This document shows positions 24,975 to 34,038 of a stretch of 64,000 nt of DNA, one piece after another. Origin of the DNA: Acidobacteria bacterium RIFCSPLOWO2_12_FULL_68_19 (lineage in GTDB: Bacteria > Acidobacteriota > Vicinamibacteria > Vicinamibacterales > UBA2999); contig MELF01000023.1 of the NCBI GenBank assembly GCA_001767525.1, positions 4,682-68,681 on the forward strand, given 5' to 3'. The notes beneath the pieces were generated by a model. That model worked only from the letters and a program-made list of their open reading frames with translations, ran no database searches and was not told the DNA's origin. Made by a program: the position numbers and the translations under genes. How positions within the stretch are numbered: position 1 is the stretch's first letter; each line of letters starts with the position of its first letter.

Positions 24975-26090
24975 CTACCGCGAGCTGGTCGTCGTCCGGG
25001 GCGAGCTCTCGGCCACGAGCGTATTGGTCAGCGTGCCGAGCCCCTCGTAGGAGCAGACCTGGACGTCCCCTGGGATCAGGTGCCGGCCGAGGCCGCCGTG
25101 CGATCCGGGAGGCGTGCCGAGGGCAATCACGGTGCCCACCGGCAAGGTGAGCATGTTCGAGAGGTAAGCCGCGTACTCGTACATGCTGTGCCACGCCTGG
25201 TTCGTGTTCGAATTCTGCACGAGGGTGCCGGCCACCGTCATCTTCAACTGCAGGTTGAGCGGATCGACGAACTCCTGCGGGACGACGAACGGGCCGACCG
25301 GCTTGAAGCTGTCCCATCCCTTCTGCACCAGCCAGTCCTGGCGGATCGGGTCGGGCGATCGCTCCTGGCGATCGGAGATGTCGTTCGTGTTCGCGTAGCC
25401 GAACATGTAGTTCTTCACCTGGTCCACCGGGACGCGGCGCATCGGCCTGCCGACGATGCCGAGCAGCTCGCATTCGTACTCGTAGTCCTTGCGCCGGTCG
25501 GCGTGCCAGTTGACGACCGGGTCGCCGTCGCCGATGAAGACCTCCGGCGTGTTCGGAATCATGAAGAGGCGCGGGTTCTGCGGCCGATCGTCACTCGCCG
25601 CGCGCTCCCAGATGCCCGGCATCGACTCGGGGATCTTGCGCGCCGCCGCGGGCGGCGGAGTCCCCGGCGCCGGCCGGTAATTGGAGAAGCCGTAGAAAGC
25701 CAGCCGCGGCACGAACGGCCGCAGCGCGTCCACCGCCCTGTAGTCGTGGACGTAGGCCGGCCGCTTCGCCGGAAGCATCGGGCCCACCTGCGCGACAATC
25801 TGCTTGATCCTGGGGCCCACCGTGCTCCACTGGTCCATGATCGACAGCAGGTCGCCGGGAATGCCGGTCACGTTGGCCGCCTTCGCCGCCGGCGGCAGCT
25901 CCACGACGAACCCGCCAACCTGCTGCGGCTCGAGCGGATGCCGTATGACCACGCCCAGAAAGGTCCGATTCTGATACGCAAACATGCCAAGACCGAACCG
26001 TTCCGCCGTCTGAGCCTGCAGCGCCGGGACCGAGGCGCCGGCGAGGGCCAGCAGCACGGCGACGGTAAGAGCCGAAAGAACCTTTCGCAT
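24975..26090 (-). CDS. fumarylacetoacetate hydrolase (FAH) family protein with signal peptide
   Basis: Signal peptide MRKVLSALTVAVLLALAGASVPALQA. YECELLGIVGRPMRRVP...FGYANTNDISDRQ...GTPPG...LIPGDVQVCSYEGLGTLTNTLV fits the FAH C-terminal domain. Confidence 0.8.
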   Translation of the reverse strand: MRKVLSALTVAVLLALAGASVPALQAQTAERFGLGMFAYQNRTFLGVVIRHPLEPQQVGGFVVELPPAAKAANVTGIPGDLLSIMDQWSTVGPRIKQIVAQVGPMLPAKRPAYVHDYRAVDALRPFVPRLAFYGFSNYRPAPGTPPPAAARKIPESMPGIWERAASDDRPQNPRLFMIPNTPEVFIGDGDPVVNWHADRRKDYEYECELLGIVGRPMRRVPVDQVKNYMFGYANTNDISDRQERSPDPIRQDWLVQKGWDSFKPVGPFVVPQEFVDPLNLQLKMTVAGTLVQNSNTNQAWHSMYEYAAYLSNMLTLPVGTVIALGTPPGSHGGLGRHLIPGDVQVCSYEGLGTLTNTLVAESSPRTTTSSR

Positions 26091-26207
26091 CGATGTCCTC
26101 CGCGACGTGGCCCCGAGCGGGATCCACGGAAAGGCCCATCTTCCGAGCCGACCATGCGCCTGTCAAGGGAAAAGGCCGGGGGTCATGCTAGGATTCGGCC
26201 GCTTTCC

Positions 26208-26837
26208 ATGCGTCCAGTGCTGCTCGCGTGGGGTTTCCTCGTCAGCGGCGTCCTCTTCGCAGGCGAAGCGGCCGCACAGGACACGGCGGTCCGCCTCGAG
26301 GGAGACGGCAGGCTCGGCCCGGCCGCCGAGGAACACCGCGGCGCCTCCGCCGCGTACGGCTACGAAGGCACCCCGTCGGCTGTCGTTCCCGCCATGATCG
26401 CGCTGGCCGGCCTCACGAGCGATGACGTGGTCTACGAGCCCGGGTGCGGCGACGCCCGGGTGCTCATCGCCGCCGTCCAGGCCGGAGCGGCAAGGGGGCT
26501 CGGCGTCGACATCGACCCGGACCTCGCGGAGGTGGCCTATGCGGCCGTGAACGCCGCCGGCCTCGAGAACCAAATCGAGATCCGCTGGGGCAATGCGCTG
26601 GGCGTCGACATGTCCGACGCCACGGTCGTGTTCCTGTTCATGGGCGAAGCCTTCAACCTGCGGATGCGCCCCTTGCTCTGGAAGCAGCTTCGCCCCGGCG
26701 CGCGCGTCGTGTCGAACGACTTCGGCATGGGCGACTGGATGCCCGACAGGACGGTTCGCGTCGAAACCCCCGGCCGCACCTACGTGCTGTACCGGTGGAC
26801 GATGACGCAGGCGATCAAGGACAAGGCAACCGAGTAG
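26208..26837 (+). CDS. class I SAM-dependent methyltransferase-like protein with N-terminal signal/anchor
   Basis: Only the last 209 codons of track ORF 25080-26837 look real. MRPVLLAWGFLVSGVLFAGEAAAQ, then VVYEPGCGDARVLIAAVQAGAARGLGVDIDPDL (motif I) and ATVVFLFMG. Confidence 0.7.
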   Translation: MRPVLLAWGFLVSGVLFAGEAAAQDTAVRLEGDGRLGPAAEEHRGASAAYGYEGTPSAVVPAMIALAGLTSDDVVYEPGCGDARVLIAAVQAGAARGLGVDIDPDLAEVAYAAVNAAGLENQIEIRWGNALGVDMSDATVVFLFMGEAFNLRMRPLLWKQLRPGARVVSNDFGMGDWMPDRTVRVETPGRTYVLYRWTMTQAIKDKATE

Positions 26838-26844
26838 CCCTTCA

Positions 26845-28992
26845 TCACCGGCTGCTCGACACCGGTGCCTGCAGTCCCGCGTGCGCCTGCGCGATGACAT
26901 AGGCCCGAACGGCCTCGGCCTCGTCCGCGTCGAGGACCTCTGCGAACGACGCCATCCCGTTGGCCTTCATCGCGCCGCCAAGGACGACGGCGGCCCACGC
27001 CTCCTTCGACGCGAGCGCCGCGCTGTAGCGCAGGTCCGGCAGGATGCCGAAGTTGACCGCCCCGTCCGGGCCGTGGCACCGCCCGCAGTAGTTCCGGTAC
27101 TCGGCTTCGCCGCGCGCGACGACCGCCGCGGCGGCAACGGCCGGCGGCGGCGTGAGCCTCCGCTCCGGGAGCGGCGGCGGCGGCGGAAGCGCCGCCTTGC
27201 CGTCGAGCGCGTAGACGAGCAGACGCGAAATGTTCGGGAGCGAGTTCCCCTTCGCGTTCGCCCGGGCGCCAGACATCGCCCACGACCCGCCGGTACCCAC
27301 CACGATCGCGACATACTGCGTGCCGCCCACCGAGTAGCTCATCGGCGCGGCAATCACGCCCGTCTGCGTCTCGGCCGCCCAGAGCTCCTTGCCGGTGGTC
27401 GCCTCGAGCGCCTCGACGCGTCCGGTGCCGGTCCCCTGGAAGACGAGCCCGCCCGCGGTGGAGAGCACGCCGCCGTTGGCCGCGCCCTCGCGCGGCACGC
27501 GCCACACCTCGCGCTGCCGCACCGGGTCCCACGCAATGAGCCGGCCGCCGACGGTGGCGAGCGTCTTCTGCATGGCCGCCGCCCGCGCCGCGGGGTCCGC
27601 CGGGGCGTTGCTCCGCTGGATGCCGAGGTTCGTCGTGAGCGGCGACGGCCGAAACGCGTCATCGTGCGCGAACGTGTAGTTCGCCATGTGCACCGGCAGG
27701 TAGACGAGGCCGGTACGCGGGCTGAACGACATCGGATGCCACGTATGCGCGCCGTTTGGATTCTGCAGCGAGACGAACGGCCGGCGCGTACTGTAGAAGC
27801 GCGCACCCGGCGTCTCGGCCGGCCGGCCGGTCTTCGTATCGACGTGCGTGGCCCAGCTCGTCTCGGTGAACTTCTCCGCCGAGACGAGCTGGCCGGTCTT
27901 GGCGTCGAGCACGTAGAAGAAGCCGTTCTTCGGCGCCTGCATCACCACGCGGCGCGTCCCGCCCTCGAAATCGAGGTCCGCGACGATGATGTGCTGCGTC
28001 GCCGTGTGGTCCCACGTCTCTCCCGGCGAGGTCTGGTAGTGCCAGACGTACGACCCGTCGTCGGGGTCGAGCGCGACGATGGAGGCGAGAAAGAGGTTGT
28101 CGCCCTTCCCTTGGCTGCGGAGGAAGTGGTTCCACGGCGAGCCGTTCCCGACGCCGACGTAGAGCAGATCGAGCTCCGGGTCGTAGGCCATCGAGTCCCA
28201 CACCGTGCCGCCGCCGCCCAGCTTCCACCACTCGCCGCTCCACGTGGAGGCGGCCATCTTCAGCGCCGGGCTCTCGAAGCCGTCGGCGGGATTGCCCGGC
28301 ACGGTGTAGAAGCGCCACGCGAGCTGTCCCGTCTCCGCGTCGTAGGCCGACAGGTACCCGCGCACGCCGAACTCGGCGCCGCCGTTGCCGATGAGCACCT
28401 TCCCCTTGACGACGCGCGGCGCGCCGGTGATCGTGTAGGGCTTGCTGCGGTCGATCGTATTGACGTCCCAGAGCTCCCGGCCGGTCGCGGCGTCGAGCGC
28501 GATGAGGCGTCCGTCGAAGGAGCCGACGAACACCTTGCCGTTCCACACGGCGACGCCCCGATTGACGACGTCGCAGCAGGCGTTGACGGCCCACTCGCCG
28601 GGCACCTCCGGGTCGTACGCCCAGAGCGGCTTGCCCGTGGCGGCGTCGTACGCCTTCACCCGGCTCCACGCCGTCGAGACGTACAGCACGCCGTCGACGA
28701 CAATCGGCGTCGCCTCCTGGCCCCGCCGCGAATCGAGATCGGCGTACCACGCGAGGCCGAGCCGGCCGACGCTCTGGGCGTCGATCCGATCGAGCGGGCT
28801 GAACCGCTGCTCGCCGTAGGTCCGGCCGTGCGACATCCACTGGCCGGGCTCCGTCTCGGCCGCCGCGAGCCGCGTGGCGGTCACGGCGGCCGGCGCGGGC
28901 GCGTCCTCGGCCGCCGGGTCGCGTGAAGGGGTGCATCCGGATACGGCAGAAGCGATGAGCAGCAGTCCGAACACGCACGCACGCTCGACCAT
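26845..28992 (-). CDS. quinohemoprotein alcohol dehydrogenase (PQQ propeller plus C-terminal cytochrome c)
   Basis: 715 aa. Lipoprotein-type signal (SAVSGC). WMSHGRTYGEQRFSPLDRIDAQSVGRLGLAWY, vicinal Cys ACCDVVNRG, and C-terminal heme motif CGRCHG. Confidence 0.9.
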   Translation of the reverse strand: MVERACVFGLLLIASAVSGCTPSRDPAAEDAPAPAAVTATRLAAAETEPGQWMSHGRTYGEQRFSPLDRIDAQSVGRLGLAWYADLDSRRGQEATPIVVDGVLYVSTAWSRVKAYDAATGKPLWAYDPEVPGEWAVNACCDVVNRGVAVWNGKVFVGSFDGRLIALDAATGRELWDVNTIDRSKPYTITGAPRVVKGKVLIGNGGAEFGVRGYLSAYDAETGQLAWRFYTVPGNPADGFESPALKMAASTWSGEWWKLGGGGTVWDSMAYDPELDLLYVGVGNGSPWNHFLRSQGKGDNLFLASIVALDPDDGSYVWHYQTSPGETWDHTATQHIIVADLDFEGGTRRVVMQAPKNGFFYVLDAKTGQLVSAEKFTETSWATHVDTKTGRPAETPGARFYSTRRPFVSLQNPNGAHTWHPMSFSPRTGLVYLPVHMANYTFAHDDAFRPSPLTTNLGIQRSNAPADPAARAAAMQKTLATVGGRLIAWDPVRQREVWRVPREGAANGGVLSTAGGLVFQGTGTGRVEALEATTGKELWAAETQTGVIAAPMSYSVGGTQYVAIVVGTGGSWAMSGARANAKGNSLPNISRLLVYALDGKAALPPPPPLPERRLTPPPAVAAAAVVARGEAEYRNYCGRCHGPDGAVNFGILPDLRYSAALASKEAWAAVVLGGAMKANGMASFAEVLDADEAEAVRAYVIAQAHAGLQAPVSSSR

Positions 28993-29133
28993 GGCGATGT
29001 CCCTCCGGTGGGGGCGATTATGAGCCGCGGCAAGAGACGTGGCAAGACGCCGATTGTGCCAATCCTGCGTCTCTCCTCATCCTGGTGTTCGCCCTACCGG
29101 GCTGGGGCGTTTGTACTTGGTGAAGGAGGGGAG

Positions 29134-29229
29134 ATGAATACCATCGATGTTCTCTTCATGGTGGGCTCTTGGATTGGCGGCCTCGCCTATTACGCCCTGC
29201 TGGTGTCGTCTACGTCCGGTCTGGCGTGA
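29134..29229 (+). CDS. candidate 31-aa hydrophobic small protein
   Basis: ATG preceded by GAAGGAGGGG. MNTIDVLFMVGSWIGGLAYYALLVSSTSGLA forms one predicted TM helix. Divergent from the quinohemoprotein ADH gene. Confidence 0.3.
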   Translation: MNTIDVLFMVGSWIGGLAYYALLVSSTSGLA

Positions 29230-29309
29230 AGCCGGTGCCGTCGCGCCTGTTGCTGTCGAGGCGTAGCGGAGGCGCGAGCGTTCGGCCAGAACGATCCTGC
29301 TGGTCGTGG

Positions 29310-29342
29310 TCCCGAAACCGCACCTCGAATGCGGTTCCGGGA
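29310..29342. terminator. hairpin between convergent genes
   Basis: TCCCGAAACCGCA-cctcgaa-TGCGGTTCCGGGA (13-bp stem, one mismatch). No clear T-tract. Confidence 0.35.
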
Positions 29343-29397
29343 CGCATGTCGCCCCGATCGGCCCCTCTGCCGAGCGCCCTGCGCGCCGGCGAACCCG

Positions 29398-30220
29398 TCA
29401 CTCCTCGAGCGTGACGTTCTGGCTCCAGTAGACCCACCCGCGCCCTTCGGGCGGCCCGAGCTGCCTGGCCGGCGCCGCCGGCTCGTTCGACGGCGGCGGC
29501 GATCCGGGCAGCGGTTCGAGATACGTCACCTTGGCCCGCAGCGCGATCGCCTGCTGCTGGATCTTCGCGTTCATCCGCAGTTGATAGGCGCGGTTCACCA
29601 GGTCGTATATCGACCCCGCCGTCAGCACAAAGCCGTCACCGGCGAGGAGCACGCCTGCCCTCTTCGCCAACGCCTCGACGACCGCACTCCCGGTCGCGGG
29701 ACTGGCAACGAGCGGAAGGCCGTTGGCGAGGAATCCGCCGCCGTTGACGATGGGACGCAGTGTGAGGGGACCGGTCGTGAAGGCGACGACCTCGGGCGGC
29801 CGCGCGTAGAGCACGGCCTTCACGTCGGGCCGGGCCTTGTAGATCTCGCCGTGCAGATTAGGTTTCCCGCGCCTGATCGTCGCGCGGACCATTGACGGAA
29901 TTGCTGTCGAGATCGTTCTCGATGAAGTCGCTCGTGGACACCCCGCCGGGCGAGAGGAACCGGGCGATGTAGTAATGATTCGGATTCGTCCGGCTGCGCG
30001 CGGTCACGTGCCCCTGGATGTCCAGGATGTCCGCTTCACGCGCGAGGATCCGGTTGGCGAGCGCCAGCTCCTCGAGCAGCGCCTGTTCGGGATGCGCGGC
30101 GGCGGCAGGCGTTTCCCCGGTGCGAGTCTCCTCGGCACGGGGTTCCGACGCGCAGCCCCAGAGGAAGAGAGTTCCCAGCGCGATCACGACAGGGGCGCGC
30201 AGCAGCGTTCGACCAGTCAT
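29398..30220 (-). pseudogene. class II aldolase/adducin-family lipoprotein split by a frameshift near 29860-29890
   Basis: The N-terminal half (30220-29858) has a lipobox LFLWGC and LALANRILAREADILDIQGHVTARS. The C-terminal half (29892-29398, other frame) has GKPNLHGEIYKARPDVKAVLYARPPEVVAF. Together they make one aldolase_II domain. Confidence 0.6.
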
Positions 30221-30279
30221 GATTGTCACCTCCCGGCGAGGCAAGTATAGTGGACCGCCCCGTGACCAGGAGGTTGCCC

Positions 30280-30969
30280 GTGCGGCAGGTTCGTTCAGCG
30301 GTGCGCCGTGTCGTTGCCTCGGTTCTCGTGGTGGTGCCCTTCTGGGCGTCCGCGGTCCTTGCCGCGCAGGCGCCGCCGAGGGATCCCGACCGGTGGGAAC
30401 CGTCCGTCGCCGCCTTCGAGGAACAGGATCGCAGGAGTCCGCCGCCGAGAGGAGGCGTCGTCTTCGTGGGCGCGTCGAGCATCGTGCGCTGGAACGTCGC
30501 GCATTTCTTCCCGGACCTGCCGGTGATCAACCGCGGGTTCGGCGGATCCGAGATGGCCGACACGGCCCACTTCGCCCCGCGCACCGTCCTTCCGTACCAG
30601 CCCCGCATCGTCGTCCTCTACCCCGGCGAGAACGACATCGCCCGCGGCGTGGCGCCGGAAGCGGTGGCGGCCGGATTCGAACGGTTCGTCAGGACCGTGC
30701 GCGGCGCCCTGCCGCAGACGCGCATCCTCGTCATCGGCCTCAAGCCGACGCCGGCGCGCTGGCGCTTCAACGATCAGATGCTCGAGACGAACCGGCGGCT
30801 GCGCGAGATCGCCGGTCGCCATGAGGGGATCACGTATATCAGCGTGGAAAAGGCGATGCTCGGACCCGACAGGCAGCCGCGCCCCGATCTGTTCATCCAG
30901 GACGGCCAGCACATGACCGAGGCGGGGTACGAGATCTGGACGGACATTCTCCGCCCGCACCTGCGCTAA
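30280..30969 (+). CDS. SGNH/GDSL-family hydrolase
   Basis: GTG 30280 with AGGAGG 6 nt upstream, preferred over track start 30223, which would overlap the divergent gene. Signal peptide. VVFVGASSIVRW, YPGENDI and DGQHMTEAGYEIW blocks. Confidence 0.75.
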   Translation: MRQVRSAVRRVVASVLVVVPFWASAVLAAQAPPRDPDRWEPSVAAFEEQDRRSPPPRGGVVFVGASSIVRWNVAHFFPDLPVINRGFGGSEMADTAHFAPRTVLPYQPRIVVLYPGENDIARGVAPEAVAAGFERFVRTVRGALPQTRILVIGLKPTPARWRFNDQMLETNRRLREIAGRHEGITYISVEKAMLGPDRQPRPDLFIQDGQHMTEAGYEIWTDILRPHLR

Positions 30970-31292
30970 GCCGCACTATTCATGAATCAGTCGTTCACGC
31001 TTCTCGGTGCGTGGTGCTCGGTTCGTGTTCACGGTCGGTTCGCGGGTTCGCGGTTCACTGGGCGGAGGTCTCTGGCTCGTCCTCGCCGGAACACCTCGAA
31101 CCGGCTCGACGGGGAACGAGGAACGGCAGCACCGAACCGGAACACGAACGGAGAAGGGAGAACCCAGCAGTGTGAACGACGCGTTCGTGAATAATCCAGG
31201 TTAAGGGAGGCGGCGTCCGGCTTCGGAGGGACCACTCCCGGACGGGGGCGACCGGCGCTCGCCGAGAGCGCCGGTCGCCGCAATTGCCGACT

Positions 31293-33182
31293 CTACAGAT
31301 ACGACGCGAGCACCAGCAGCTCGGCCGCCTGCGCCGGCGTCAGCCACTTGCCGCTGATCGCCCGGAGCTCGTTCTCGAACGCCCCGAGCGAGCCGTGCCG
31401 CAGTTTGACGATCACCGAGTTGGCCACGCCGCCGTTGCTGATCCAGCTGCGAATCAGCGCCTCGACGGCGTCGAGCGTCACGTTCACCTGCACGCTGAAC
31501 GACCCGGCGGCACTGTTGCCCGAATCGTCGGTCGCGGTGCACGAAACCGTCGTCGTGCCAATCGGGAACATCGAGCCAGACGCCGGCACGCAGGCGACGT
31601 CCACGGAGGCGTCGACGCTGTCGCTGGCCGTTGCCGAGAAGCTCACCGCCGCGCCCCCCGCGCCCGTGGCCGCGGCCGTCACGTCGCCCGGCATCGTCAG
31701 CACCGGCGGCGTCGTGTCCACCACCGCCACGTCGAACGACGCGCTGGCGGTGTTGCCCGCGGCGTCAGTCGCCTCGCACGTCACGGTCGTCGTGCCGAGC
31801 GGGAACGTCGATCCCGACGCCGGCTCGCAACTGACGGCCACGGCGCCATCGACGTCGTCGAGCGCGGAGGCCACGTAGCCGACCGTCGCCCCGGCGCCGG
31901 AGGTCGCCTCGGCGTTGATCTGGTTCGGCACGGACATCTCCGGAGCCGTGGTGTCCTCGGGCTCCGCGAGGTGAGTAATCACCAGGGCCGGCCGCTTGTC
32001 CGCCTCCTCGTTGTCCGACGACCAGAAGTAGTAGTAGTTTCCGTTCTCGCAGACGGCGTTCGAGCGGCTGATGGCGAACCCGTAGTTCGGCTGACTCTCG
32101 TCGCGCCAGCTCTTGTAGAGGTTCGTGATGTCGATCTCGGCGAAATTCAGGAACCCGGGGTTGCCGCTCGAGGGCAACGTCACCGAGGCTTCGACGGACG
32201 GGGACACCGGTGGACGCGTGTTCCAGGTCAGCGTCATTTCGTTCCACGGGACCGTAACCCGCTGGACAACGAAGGTGGACGTTGGCGGTTCCGCACCGTA
32301 GGACCCGCCAAGCTTCATGTACAGCTTGAGTTTCACGCTCGTCACGTCCGCCGCGGTGGGCAGCGACGAGACGTCGAACTGGAGGTAGCTGCGGGCGTGC
32401 CAGCCGTTGCAGGTGCTGTTCCAGTGAGCCAGCAGCGAGTGGCTGCCCAGGTTGAGCGTGGCACGGTAAGGGTCGTCGTCGGTGTGCCAGTCCCACGTGT
32501 CCTTGCCGGCTGTCTCGCTGCCTTCGTCCGACCCGTTATTTGCGCCGGGGCCGGGACGGAACGTCAGGGTCGTTGTCGGAGGCAGAGGCTCGCCGCCGTC
32601 CAGCGCAAGATTGTCCACCGTCACCTGGCCGTTGCCTCCCATGCAGGAACGCACATGGAGTATGACCCTCACGCGATCGGGATCGCCTGACAGGCTCGTC
32701 ATGCCAACCTGCCACCGGCCGGTGGCACGCGTGCCGGCAGGGACGTTCAACGCCTCCCCAAACCGGTCGTATCCGACCCTGACCCATCCGACGTCCGTCG
32801 CGCCACTGAAGAATCCAAAGGACGCTTGGGCTCGGTTGTGCGAAATCACACCAAGGAGATCGAAGTCACCGTCGAATTCCACCTTTGCTGACTGTCGGTC
32901 CACGGGACTCCCAAAGTTGAACTCCTTGGAGACGAAGTAGCTGCCGCACGTGGAACCGCAGCCGGCCATGAAGGCCCGAATCGCGCTCGACCCGTCGAAT
33001 GGCGACAGCACCTCGCCCCACGTCCGGGTCCCAACGCAGGGATCGTGAGGAGCATAGGTCCAGGTTGCCGCGGATCCTGGAGGAATCGGGTCGAGGACTT
33101 GGACGTTCGCCTCCGCCACGCCGGAGACGAACAACGTAAGAATGGCGATGAAGGCCCCTCGTCTGGCACACGCAGCAATCAT
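31293..33182 (-). CDS. secreted protein with DNRLRE/CBM-like domain and two HYR (hyalin-repeat) domains
   Basis: Start at MIAACARRGAFIAILTLFVSGVAEA (ATG 33182). LQFDVSSLPTAADVTSVKLKLYM...WNEMTLTWNTRP...YGFAIS. Two repeats of DxTxPxxxxP...A.....GA.V.......D..D....V.C.P.SGS.FP.GTTTV.C.A.D..GN. Confidence 0.7.
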   Translation of the reverse strand: MIAACARRGAFIAILTLFVSGVAEANVQVLDPIPPGSAATWTYAPHDPCVGTRTWGEVLSPFDGSSAIRAFMAGCGSTCGSYFVSKEFNFGSPVDRQSAKVEFDGDFDLLGVISHNRAQASFGFFSGATDVGWVRVGYDRFGEALNVPAGTRATGRWQVGMTSLSGDPDRVRVILHVRSCMGGNGQVTVDNLALDGGEPLPPTTTLTFRPGPGANNGSDEGSETAGKDTWDWHTDDDPYRATLNLGSHSLLAHWNSTCNGWHARSYLQFDVSSLPTAADVTSVKLKLYMKLGGSYGAEPPTSTFVVQRVTVPWNEMTLTWNTRPPVSPSVEASVTLPSSGNPGFLNFAEIDITNLYKSWRDESQPNYGFAISRSNAVCENGNYYYFWSSDNEEADKRPALVITHLAEPEDTTAPEMSVPNQINAEATSGAGATVGYVASALDDVDGAVAVSCEPASGSTFPLGTTTVTCEATDAAGNTASASFDVAVVDTTPPVLTMPGDVTAAATGAGGAAVSFSATASDSVDASVDVACVPASGSMFPIGTTTVSCTATDDSGNSAAGSFSVQVNVTLDAVEALIRSWISNGGVANSVIVKLRHGSLGAFENELRAISGKWLTPAQAAELLVLASYL

Positions 33183-33422
33183 TGGCGATGTCCTTTCTAT
33201 GAACGCCTCCGTAGAAGGTAGGTGCCACCGAGAAGACAGACAATGCGTGGATCCACGTATGTGCCTCTTCCGCACACGCGAACGTCACGAGTGCGAACTA
33301 TTTCGCGAAGCGGCGCACGTAACGGCCGCTGGCGCAGGCGCTCTATCGACAACCTGTTCGGCGCACCAGTGCACGTTGGTACGTAGATTCACGTATGCCG
33401 CTACGCCGCGAGCAGTGGCAGC

Positions 33423-34028
33423 ATGGCCATGATGTCGCGGCTCACCGCACACGATCTGACGCGGCTGTGGCAATTGCTGCACGAACTGCACGCACTGCTC
33501 GTCCCGCTCGCGGCAACCGGCGACGGCGCGCTCAACGAGCGATTCAGGCACGCCCGGAATCGACGGCTGCGGCTGCCGGTTCGGCTGACCACCTGGATCC
33601 GACGACGGCTGCAGCCGTTTCCGGACGTTCAGCCGCCGACGCTGCACGAACCGCTGGCCGTGAGAGTTGCCGGACGCCGATTGGCAATCCGCTTCGTCGA
33701 CACACCGAGCGGGCACGTCCTCCACGTCAGCGACGATCCCCGGGCGGCGCCTCCCGCGCCCCTGGCGACGTGGCGACTCACCGGGCGCGAAGCCGAAGTC
33801 CTGCGGTGGCTCATCGAGGGGAAGACGAACGCCGAGATCGCGCGGATCCTGGCCACGCAGCCGCGCACGGTCGACAAGCACTGCGAGCGGATCTACCAGA
33901 AGCTCGGGGTCGAGAATCGCACCGCCGCGGTGCGTCAGGTCCTCGATGGGACGCCTCTCGGCGAGCTGCACCCGCGCCGGACCGCCGCGAAAAAACCCGC
34001 CGTCGCCCGTCGAGCCTCGATCGGATAA
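33423..34028 (+). CDS. LuxR-family transcriptional regulator (short paralog)
   Basis: C-terminal HTH LTGREAEVLRWLIEGKTNAEIARILATQPRTVDKHCERIYQKLGVENRTAAV. Confidence 0.85.
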   Translation: MAMMSRLTAHDLTRLWQLLHELHALLVPLAATGDGALNERFRHARNRRLRLPVRLTTWIRRRLQPFPDVQPPTLHEPLAVRVAGRRLAIRFVDTPSGHVLHVSDDPRAAPPAPLATWRLTGREAEVLRWLIEGKTNAEIARILATQPRTVDKHCERIYQKLGVENRTAAVRQVLDGTPLGELHPRRTAAKKPAVARRASIG

Positions 34029-34038
34029 GCTCGGTGCG

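Noticed and set aside
25080-26837. 585-aa plus-strand ORF spanning the FAH gene antisense and the methyltransferase gene.
   Set aside because: The first roughly 375 codons are an antisense artefact. A signal-peptide-like start at ATG 26208 gives a normal 209-aa methyltransferase-fold protein.
29134-29229. The small ORF next to the PQQ-dependent ADH as a PqqA precursor peptide.
   Set aside because: It lacks the conserved Glu-x3-Tyr cross-linking motif and is strongly hydrophobic, unlike PqqA. No pqqBCDE genes are nearby.
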